Positions 17,491 through 25,264 of a stretch of DNA of 27,529 nucleotides are shown here, in pieces. How positions within the stretch are numbered: position 1 is the first letter of the stretch; each line of letters opens with the position of its first letter. Source of the stretch: an uncultured archaeon (GTDB taxonomy: Archaea; Asgardarchaeota; Heimdallarchaeia; Heimdallarchaeales; Kariarchaeaceae); the NCBI GenBank assembly GCA_964645535.1, contig CAZYCQ010000047.1:1-27529 (forward strand), in the 5' to 3' direction. Position numbers and translations under genes: made by a program. The notes beneath the pieces are model-generated. The model was not told the DNA's origin, ran no database searches, and worked only from the letters and a program-made list of their open reading frames with translations.

Positions 17491-17752
17491 TGGTCATTTT
17501 TATATCGTTGACTCCCTATGCAAATCCATGAAAATTTCAATCCCACATTTTTTGACCTTCCTCATTTTTCAAACAAGATGGTTCTTCTCCGAATTCACAA
17601 AATGAAAATATAACTTTCAAAAAATTTTCGTTCTCCAAAACATCCTCCCTCCCAATAAGTGCAATGGGTTGCCTTCAATCTTGATGTCTGCTTTTTCAAC
17701 CTATCAAAACCAAATTTGTCAATCACTTGAGAAATGAATGATCACCTTCAAA

Positions 17753-17763
17753 AACGATATAAA
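17753..17763 (+). promoter_or_regulatory. Putative BRE/TATA promoter of tRNA-Ala
   Basis: AACGATATAAA ends 35 nt before the mature tRNA 5' end. Confidence 0.55.
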
Positions 17764-17798
17764 CTTTGCACTCGACAAATAATTGGGGAATACCCCAT

Positions 17799-17872
17799 GG
17801 GCGGGTAGATCAGCCCGGTAGATCGCCTGATTCGCATTCAGGAGGCCCCGAGTTCAAATCTCGGTCCGTCCA
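17799..17872 (+). tRNA. tRNA-Ala (anticodon CGC), intronless, CCA not encoded
   Basis: Acceptor GGGCGGG/TCCGTCC with the G3:U70 Ala determinant and discriminator A. D stem GATC/GATC; anticodon arm CCTGA-TTCGCAT-TCAGG; T arm CCGAG-TTCAAAT-CTCGG (A57, common in archaea). Confidence 0.97.
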
Positions 17873-17950
17873 TTCATTTTCAGAGGAAAATGGCTCTGAT
17901 CTTGTGAAATAGGTCTATTTTTATTACCCCTTGATTCCTATGAAAAAGTA

Positions 17951-19240
17951 TTGTTCGAAACTCATTTCAATCTAAGGGGACAATCCCATGCACTCAAATT
18001 ACTAGTTTCCAGATACGTCTTGCTTGCTTCTCTTATTCGTGCAGTCACCATTCTTTCGGATACGTTCTTGATCATTTATGTCATTGATCAGGTAGGGTAT
18101 TCCGAGGCTGGATTGCTTGTTTCAATTTGGTTGGTTACACAGGCACTCACCGATTACCCTTCCGGGATACTTTCAGATAGGTTGGGACAAAGGTGGGTTC
18201 TGACTATCTCATTTCTTTCGTATTCCGGTGCATACTACTACTTCTCCGTCGCCAATGGGTTCACTGATCTGATGATTGCCTACCTATTGTTTGCCATGGC
18301 TTCCGCACAGGAATCTGGTGCTTTAGATACTTGGTTCGACAATAATTACAAGGTTCTTGCAAAAGATGACAAACGCGAAATATACAAGGGTATACGCGCT
18401 AAATTCCGGACTATCGTTGATTTGGCGGCTGCTGCAATGTTAATTTTGGGTGGCTACCTAGCTACCGCCATTGGTAGGAAATTTGTATTCCAGATACAAA
18501 TCATTGGATTAATGATCCTTTTGGGAATTACTGTCGTCTTGGTCAAAGATTCACCTGGGGCAAGGGATGACGCTAACTATAATTATGGTGTGCTATTCAA
18601 GGATGGCATCTCATCTGTTTTCAAATCAAAACTTTTGGGTCTTCTGGTTCTAGCTCATGTTCTTTATTATTCGACACTAGGCGTTTTTGGCACAATGATC
18701 ATGTTCCCCGGTTATTTCGGTTATGCTGGCTCCGATTACGGGGCGTCAATATTCCGATTTACCCTTTTCATTGGAGGTTCTGTCCTTCTCTGGATACTCG
18801 CTGATTGGTTCCGTGGGATCAATGCCCGAAAATGGCTAGGTCCTACCACCATTGGTCATGCAATTCTTTTCTTTGGAAGTGCCGGTCTTGTTTTGACATG
18901 GATTCCCATTGAAAATCAATTCAATTTGTTAGGGATTCTTCTATTTGGCTCTGTAATTATGATTGGACATATGATCAGGGTCTCGATCGATATTCTCCTT
19001 CAGTCGATCTATGTAGATATAATCCCTAACCATAGAAGAAATGGATTCTACTCACTTCTGCCAACCTTGTCACTCTTTGTAACTTCTCCCCTCATGTTTC
19101 TTGCAGGGATTGTTATCGACAGTTTTGGGCATGTCTCAGTCATCCTTGGTCTCCTTCTTCTCTCCTTGGGAAGTGGATTGGTGTATTGGAAAGCTTCAGC
19201 CTATATCCAAGATCAAACATCCAATGAAGTAAATTCATGA
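17951..19240 (+). CDS. MFS transporter
   Basis: Motif A DYPSGILSDRLGQR, SGALDTWF, 12-TM pattern, DIIPNHRRNG in the second half; TTG start. Confidence 0.92.
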   Translation: MFETHFNLRGQSHALKLLVSRYVLLASLIRAVTILSDTFLIIYVIDQVGYSEAGLLVSIWLVTQALTDYPSGILSDRLGQRWVLTISFLSYSGAYYYFSVANGFTDLMIAYLLFAMASAQESGALDTWFDNNYKVLAKDDKREIYKGIRAKFRTIVDLAAAAMLILGGYLATAIGRKFVFQIQIIGLMILLGITVVLVKDSPGARDDANYNYGVLFKDGISSVFKSKLLGLLVLAHVLYYSTLGVFGTMIMFPGYFGYAGSDYGASIFRFTLFIGGSVLLWILADWFRGINARKWLGPTTIGHAILFFGSAGLVLTWIPIENQFNLLGILLFGSVIMIGHMIRVSIDILLQSIYVDIIPNHRRNGFYSLLPTLSLFVTSPLMFLAGIVIDSFGHVSVILGLLLLSLGSGLVYWKASAYIQDQTSNEVNS

Positions 19241-19876
19241 ATTGAAGGGTCTCTGATCAATCCATTCAGGGAAGACTACAGAATTTGAACTTGCCGGTTG
19301 GAGCTCCCTGTACGTTTCCTTGCGAAAAATGGCTCTGTAAGCATCAACCTGTGCCTCGGATACCATTGCAATCTTGTTCTGAAGTATCCACACAACTCCT
19401 TCCGTAAAGGGTGGTGTTGTCAGGGATCCTTCATAGAAGAAAAACCCCTGATCTAGGTCGATGAGTTGTGATACATCTATTTCAAGACTTGTCTTCTTTT
19501 TGTGGTAAATGTCGGGGGGATCCTTCCATAGTTCGCCTAATATAGGATTATAGACCTCATTGTCGAAGAGTATGCCAAGAACAAGTAGCTTTCCTTCATT
19601 TGATTTATGGACAAGATGCATCTCCAGCGGGAATCGTTTTCCTTCTATGGTATGTTCACTTTGTGAGTGAAAATGAAATTGCTCCAGTTTGAACATTTCT
19701 CCATTCCATTCAATGGATGATTTTGTTTCGCAATGAAATGTTACTGACCAACCGTTGTTTTCCATCGAATGAACAACCATTGGTTCATAATGAATCATCG
19801 GTCTTGGAAGATGCTCCAGTCTAACAACGTTCTCGTTGATATTGATTGGCGACTGCAATGGTGTTTCTTTTGGCAA
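19235..19876 (-). CDS. cah: Alpha-class carbonic anhydrase without signal peptide
   Basis: QSPINI, QFHFH, SEH, EMHLVH (Zn ligands H68/H70/H87), YEGSLTTPP, EGV.W, R.LQP. An in-frame TAG 3 codons upstream of the TTG start excludes an N-terminal extension. Confidence 0.93.
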   Translation of the reverse strand: MPKETPLQSPININENVVRLEHLPRPMIHYEPMVVHSMENNGWSVTFHCETKSSIEWNGEMFKLEQFHFHSQSEHTIEGKRFPLEMHLVHKSNEGKLLVLGILFDNEVYNPILGELWKDPPDIYHKKKTSLEIDVSQLIDLDQGFFFYEGSLTTPPFTEGVVWILQNKIAMVSEAQVDAYRAIFRKETYRELQPASSNSVVFPEWIDQRPFNS

Positions 19877-20071
19877 AAAATGCTATAATATTTATTGCGG
19901 TATGAATCCGCCCTCAAAAATGCAGATAGTGCCGATTATACGCAATTCAATATGGGAATAGGATTGAAATTCTCAGCTTATGCTAAGAAAAACAATTATG
20001 GGTACGTTTTGGTGCTTTTTTTCCTCACCTTTCCAATCATTTTTAATAGGCTTGAGGCAACATTGGTAAAA

Positions 20072-20728
20072 ATGAAGGATTTATCCACTTCAAAAAAGAT
20101 CTCTCAAAGCATTATCTTGATGGGCATTGGCAACATTATGCAAATGGCAGGAATATTTCAAATAATTACAAATATCGATTTTGAAAGATCTATTGACCCA
20201 AGCGTTTTCCGTTTTGGGGTATTGCTCGTGCTTTTTGGGATAGATTTCTTTTTGAGTGCCCGATTTATGTGGACAACTTGCAGCATACAAAATTGGAAAG
20301 GCTATCCTACTACCTTGATGTTTGGATTCACTTTCTTCTCACTGCTCCATCGAATTATGATTTCACTCATTTTTTCAGATCTGTACTTCATCGACTTCAT
20401 TATGGTGACGGTCTTTGTCGGAATTTCTAGTCTGTGTTTTGGGTTGTTTCTTCTTAGCCTCAATAATTTGACAATTCCTTATGTCAATACTGTCTTACTA
20501 TCGATATTGGGGATTTTTAACCTAAGTGGGGGTGCACTCATGTTTGCTGTTCTTCCGGAAATCAGTTCTATTTCAATTCTGCTGAATTTCATATTGGTTT
20601 TCAAGATTTTATTATTACCTTTAATTTCAGCGTTCGCTTTCATTGGTTTTGGATTTTATTCTTTAAGAAAAATCAAGAAACTTGAAAATTATGAACTGAA
20701 TGATTGGCCTCAGGGACAAGAATATTAG
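20072..20728 (+). CDS. Hypothetical integral membrane protein (about 6 TM)
   Basis: Hydrophobic ORF. Start set to ATG 20072 because TTTTAATA lies at 20041-20048; the longer TTG start would leave only 18 nt to the divergent cah gene. Confidence 0.65.
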   Translation: MKDLSTSKKISQSIILMGIGNIMQMAGIFQIITNIDFERSIDPSVFRFGVLLVLFGIDFFLSARFMWTTCSIQNWKGYPTTLMFGFTFFSLLHRIMISLIFSDLYFIDFIMVTVFVGISSLCFGLFLLSLNNLTIPYVNTVLLSILGIFNLSGGALMFAVLPEISSISILLNFILVFKILLLPLISAFAFIGFGFYSLRKIKKLENYELNDWPQGQEY

Positions 20729-20746
20729 GTGCAATATTGTTTTCTA

Positions 20747-21229
20747 TTAATTTAGTTCCTTTTCCATGACTATTTCACAATCGGAATTACAGCTTTCCCC
20801 TGCTGTTTCTATGACCTTAAATCCTTTCCTCTCATAAAATGACAATCCGAGTTTATTCTTTTGATGAACCTCTAATCGGTATTTCTGAATCCCTTGCTCT
20901 TTCATGAAGCTTTCAACCGTTTTCAAGAGTTTGGATCCAATACCCTTGCCAATGAAGCTTGGATCCAAGTAAATCCTCCATAAATGCATCTCTTCACCAA
21001 GAAGGCCAATTTGTGCAAAACCTATGATTTTCCCTGTTTCTTCTGCCACCCAAAAAGCATTTCTGACAGAATTTCCCGGTATCAGTGTTTTCGAATTATA
21101 ATGCTTGCCAATATATTCCTCAATTCTTTCTTTGGAAAAAATATGTGCATAGGTATGATGCCATGCTTTTCTAGCCACTGAAATAACACTGTCCGCATCC
21201 TTTTCCTCAACAAAACGAATGATGACCAT
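20747..21229 (-). CDS. GNAT family N-acetyltransferase
   Basis: AWHHTY, IYLDPSFIGKGIGSKLL (motif A), LEVHQKN...SFYERKGF (motif B). Confidence 0.93.
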   Translation of the reverse strand: MVIIRFVEEKDADSVISVARKAWHHTYAHIFSKERIEEYIGKHYNSKTLIPGNSVRNAFWVAEETGKIIGFAQIGLLGEEMHLWRIYLDPSFIGKGIGSKLLKTVESFMKEQGIQKYRLEVHQKNKLGLSFYERKGFKVIETAGESCNSDCEIVMEKELN

Positions 21230-21505
21230 TATACTGTTTTGTTTCTTGTTGTGTAAAAAGATTTTTCTACCATGGATACGTAGAAATGTGCCGTTTGGTT
21301 GTTGTACAAGAAAAAAAAAACGTTTTAATAATTTTTAACGCGTTTGTCCATTCGAAAATAGTATTATTCTTAACGATATTCCATAAGTAAACCGTTTATA
21401 TGTCTGATTTCAATGAAGGTATTTTCTAATTTCGGCAAATATTGGAATATTGCTTAATTTCAAGTCATTTAGTATTAAATTATCCATGATTTTTACTATG
21501 TTGAA

Positions 21506-21650
21506 TACGAAATTTGAATCAACTTTATGTTATATTCTCCATTTTTTGCAATTGTACGAAACTTGAACAAATTATTACTATCCTAATGTTATTAAAATTC
21601 TGTAAACGACAGAATCAACCCAGTTATAAGGGAAATTTACGAAATTTGCA
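21506..21650. promoter_or_regulatory. Three copies of a 13-bp pseudo-palindrome, a 7-5-7 inverted repeat and a TATA box upstream of the oxidoreductase
   Basis: TACGAAATTTGAA 21506, TACGAAACTTGAA 21555, TACGAAATTTGCA 21638; ATTCTGT-N5-ACAGAAT 21597-21615; TTATAA 21624-21629. Confidence 0.6.
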
Positions 21651-21671
21651 TAATCCTAGAGAGTGATCTTT

Positions 21672-23078
21672 ATGGCGGTAGAGGTACAAAGAAAACCAAA
21701 AAAGGAAAGACGAAGAAAAGCAGTCCCCCTTCACTTTTTGCCAGTTGAAGAACGAATCGGCAATTTCAATGAAGTCAATCTTGGTTACTTAACCGAAGAG
21801 GAAGTTCTATCAGAGGCTGAACGATGCCTTTCCTGCCGAAAACCAAAATGTGTTGAAGCATGTCCTGCCCACTTCAATGCACGAGACATGATTGCTGCGA
21901 TGAAAGAAGGAAATCTTGAAGAGGCAGCCGAGTTTGTCAACAATTTCTATTGTTTCCCATCTTCTTTCAACAGGATTTGTCCTGCCTTCTGCCAAGATGC
22001 ATGTGTTGTCGGTAAAAAGGGAGACCCCATCCAGATCCTGAACCTCAAGAGATATCTTGCCGATCATTATGTCAAAAGGCTTGATCCTGTCCCTCCTACA
22101 GGAAAGAAAATCGCAGTGATTGGTGCAGGGCCTGCTGGCTTGACTGTCGCCCATGACCTCGCCCTAAAAGGTCATTCAATTACTGTCTTCGAGAAATTCA
22201 ATGTAGTTGGGGGAATGCTTGCTGTTGGCATCCCAGAATATCGTCTCAAGAACGAACTTCTTACAAAAGAAGTCATGAGGCTTGAAGAAATTGGTGTTGA
22301 ATTCAAATTCGGGGTCAAATTCGGTGAGGACATTACTGCCGATGAGCTTTTCCAGCAGGGTTATCATGCCATATTCATCGGACATGGTGCACATAAGCCT
22401 AAATTCATGAAAATCCCTGGAGAAGACCTCGAAGGTGTTATGCATGCTATCGATTTTCTCAGAGAAGTTGCATTGGGACAACGAAAAACCGCAGGCAAGA
22501 AGGTTGTCGTTGTCGGTGGAGGGGATGTCGCAATCGATGCAGTCCGGGTCTCTTGGAGGCTTGGCGCCGATGCGAGAATTGTCTACCGCCGTACGAGGGA
22601 AGAAATGCCGGCAACAAAAGAAGAAGTTGAGGCGACCATTGAAGAAGGAATTGAAATTATATATCTCACCAATCCGACTCGGATCATCGGTGAAAACGGC
22701 AAGGTCGTTGGAATTGAAGTCGTCAAGATGGAACTCGGTGAACCCGATGAAAGTGGAAGGAGAAGACCCATACCAATTCCCGGATCCGAATACGTTATTG
22801 AATGCGATATGGTGATAGAGGCCATTTCGCAGGAGCCTGAATATGATTATCTGGAAGAGCAAGATTTTGAGCTTTCAAGGTGGCATACCCTTGAAGTGGA
22901 TCCTGAAACCTACATGACCTCGGTGTATGGTGTCTTTGCAGCAGGTGACAATGTTACGGGACCCAAAACCGCCATCGAAGCAATTGCTGGCGCAAAGAAA
23001 GCCGCAGAAAATATCCATCGTTTCCTATCCGGTTCATCCATGGAACCTGAAGAACATCCTGAAGTTGCCGCAGTCTAA
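21672..23078 (+). CDS. GltD/SudA/NfnB-family NADP(H)-dependent Fe-S flavoprotein
   Basis: EAERCLSCRKPKCVEACP, RICPAFCQDAC, IGAGPAGL, GIPEYRL, VGGGDVAIDA plus YRR (NADP type), GVFAAGD. ATG at 21672 or GTG at 21663. Confidence 0.93.
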   Translation: MAVEVQRKPKKERRRKAVPLHFLPVEERIGNFNEVNLGYLTEEEVLSEAERCLSCRKPKCVEACPAHFNARDMIAAMKEGNLEEAAEFVNNFYCFPSSFNRICPAFCQDACVVGKKGDPIQILNLKRYLADHYVKRLDPVPPTGKKIAVIGAGPAGLTVAHDLALKGHSITVFEKFNVVGGMLAVGIPEYRLKNELLTKEVMRLEEIGVEFKFGVKFGEDITADELFQQGYHAIFIGHGAHKPKFMKIPGEDLEGVMHAIDFLREVALGQRKTAGKKVVVVGGGDVAIDAVRVSWRLGADARIVYRRTREEMPATKEEVEATIEEGIEIIYLTNPTRIIGENGKVVGIEVVKMELGEPDESGRRRPIPIPGSEYVIECDMVIEAISQEPEYDYLEEQDFELSRWHTLEVDPETYMTSVYGVFAAGDNVTGPKTAIEAIAGAKKAAENIHRFLSGSSMEPEEHPEVAAV

Positions 23079-23128
23079 TCTTCTCAATTACAATTTAATT
23101 TAGATTCCCCGTTTTGATTTCAACCTTT

Positions 23129-25177
23129 TCAGTCACTAGAAACCATTTTCTTAATTTCAACCTGCAAGGCTTGAGAAATGAATGCAAGTTTATAGCTCAA
23201 ATCTTCAATTGATTTCGTAATTGGTTTTCCAAATCCATGCCCTGCTTTTCTCTCAATCCTCAAGAGAATGGGAGCATCTCCTTTTTGATGGTACTGTAGT
23301 GTTGCTGCAAATTTCAGGCTATGGGCTGGATCCACCCTGTTGTCTCCTTCTGCTGCAGTGATCAAAGTTGGGGGATACACTCCATCTTTGACATTATGTA
23401 AGGGGGAATACTTATAGAGGAACTTGAAATGATCTGCATTGTTGATGGCATCTCCATATTCCTCAATCCAAAACCTGCCTATGGTAAAAAGTGGATACCT
23501 GAGCATGTCCAGCACTCCGACTTGGGGAACAGCAGCTCCAAATAAATCCGGTCGTTGCACAAGGACTGCACCTACCAGCAATCCTCCATTACTTCTTCCA
23601 TTGATGGCTAACTTCGGTGTTGCAGTGTATTTTTCCCTGATCAGGTATTCTGCTGCTGCTATGAAATCATCAAATACATTCTGCTTCCGTTCCAAAGTCC
23701 CAGCCATATGCCACTCCTTCCCATATTCTCCACCTCCTCGAATATTTGCCACTGCGTAAATTCCTCCGTCCTCTAGCCAAGGGAGATAGTGGGGGATAAA
23801 ACTCGGGGTATTGGAAATATTGAACCCTCCATATCCATAAAGAATGGTTGGATTTGTTCCATCGCGTTTCAGCCCTTTTTTGTGTACTATGAACATAGGT
23901 ATCTTAGTTCCATCCTTTGATGGATAGAACACTTGATTAACTTCGAATTGATCTGTATCAATATTTATTTTTGGCTCTTCAAACTTTGTGAGAGACCCTG
24001 TATTGTGATCATACCTGAAAATGGTGTAGGGATAGAAGAAACTATGATATTCCAAAAAGAGCTCATTGTCCCCAAAGCGTCCATTCATCGAAAAAACCGC
24101 TCCAAAACGGGGAATATCCACTTTTTTGGTAAATTGACCATTCAAATCAAAAAGATGGACTTCATGACTGGCATCCTTCAGATAAATGACAGCAATGGAT
24201 TCACCTGTCAATGTTGCCGAGCTAATGGCTTGGGTTGATTCTGGAATTACTTCCTCAAAATTTTCAGGATTGGGGTTATCAATAGGCAATCTAATGATCT
24301 TTGAATTTGGTGCATCCTTGCTCGTTAGAAGATATATATGGGTCTCACTTACTCCTATTGGATAATATCTGAACCCATCATATTCGGCAATGATCTTTAC
24401 AAATTCCTGTTCCCCCTCCTTCCTATAATACAGTTTGTTTTTCGGATGTGTAGAGTCATTGACCACCAAAAAGAGGTGTTTCTTGGAAAACATTACTGGT
24501 CCAATAAACTCATTCGGGTTGTCGGGTGCAAATACCAATTCATCCTCCTCAGCTGAGGTGCCGATCTTATGGAAAAAGATTTTTGCATGCTTGTTTCGTT
24601 CGGTTTCAGGAACTTCTTCTTGATTCGGAAATCTCTGATAATAAAAACCAGATGAATCCTGTTTCCACACAACATTGGTAAACCTGACCCAATCAATTGT
24701 CTCAAGATCTTTGTCTGTCTGTAGATCCTTGATCTGGATCATCTGCCAGTCAGAACCATGAATGGTCAGAGTCACCACAAAATACCTTCCGTCAGGACTG
24801 ATTGAATAGCTGGTTGCTGCTGTGGTTCCATCTTCACTTAGCTTATTGATGTCTATTACTAATCTATCCTCTCCCTCTTCCCTCACGAAAATCCTCGGTT
24901 GTGGCTGAATTCCCTCTGATTTACTATAAACGTATCTCTTTCCTTCTTTTTTCAACCCAATATATCTTATGAAAGATTTGTAAACATCGGTTATCCTTTT
25001 TTTGTAATACTCGATCCGTTCTCTATCGATTGTCTCATCTGTCAATCGGTTGTTCTCATCAATAAATCGATCGGTTCTTGGATCATTTGGATCTTCCAGA
25101 TAACGATAGGGATCCGGAACCATGGTTCCGTGATAGTTGTCGACCACGTCTGTTCGTTCCGTTTCAGGATATTTCAT
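23129..25177 (-). CDS. Prolyl oligopeptidase (peptidase family S9A)
   Basis: DPYRYLED, SKDGTKIPM, YGYGGF, ANIRGGGEYG, nucleophile GRSNGG, DNRV, AGHG. Start set to MKYPET (25177). Confidence 0.96.
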   Translation of the reverse strand: MKYPETERTDVVDNYHGTMVPDPYRYLEDPNDPRTDRFIDENNRLTDETIDRERIEYYKKRITDVYKSFIRYIGLKKEGKRYVYSKSEGIQPQPRIFVREEGEDRLVIDINKLSEDGTTAATSYSISPDGRYFVVTLTIHGSDWQMIQIKDLQTDKDLETIDWVRFTNVVWKQDSSGFYYQRFPNQEEVPETERNKHAKIFFHKIGTSAEEDELVFAPDNPNEFIGPVMFSKKHLFLVVNDSTHPKNKLYYRKEGEQEFVKIIAEYDGFRYYPIGVSETHIYLLTSKDAPNSKIIRLPIDNPNPENFEEVIPESTQAISSATLTGESIAVIYLKDASHEVHLFDLNGQFTKKVDIPRFGAVFSMNGRFGDNELFLEYHSFFYPYTIFRYDHNTGSLTKFEEPKINIDTDQFEVNQVFYPSKDGTKIPMFIVHKKGLKRDGTNPTILYGYGGFNISNTPSFIPHYLPWLEDGGIYAVANIRGGGEYGKEWHMAGTLERKQNVFDDFIAAAEYLIREKYTATPKLAINGRSNGGLLVGAVLVQRPDLFGAAVPQVGVLDMLRYPLFTIGRFWIEEYGDAINNADHFKFLYKYSPLHNVKDGVYPPTLITAAEGDNRVDPAHSLKFAATLQYHQKGDAPILLRIERKAGHGFGKPITKSIEDLSYKLAFISQALQVEIKKMVSSD

Positions 25178-25264
25178 TACTTGACCCTGATAGAGGGTAG
25201 TAAAAACGATTTTGGTTGGGCTTAATTCTCTGTTTTTTCTGAGTTGCCTATTTTCAATCAATTT

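Noticed and set aside
1588-19876. Complex I plus carbonic anhydrase as a CO2-concentrating pump (NDH-1/Cup or DAB-like)
   Set aside because: The CA is alpha class, more than 9 kb away, on the other strand, and not a CupA/DabA homologue.
21506-21650. CRISPR array
   Set aside because: The repeats are only 13 bp with uneven periods (49 and 83 nt), and there are no cas genes.
22176-22862. 228-aa antisense ORF inside the oxidoreductase, and other shadow ORFs (e.g. 2137-2628, 3266-3766, 5749-6114)
   Set aside because: They lie antisense to well-supported genes and are explained by codon bias; no motifs.
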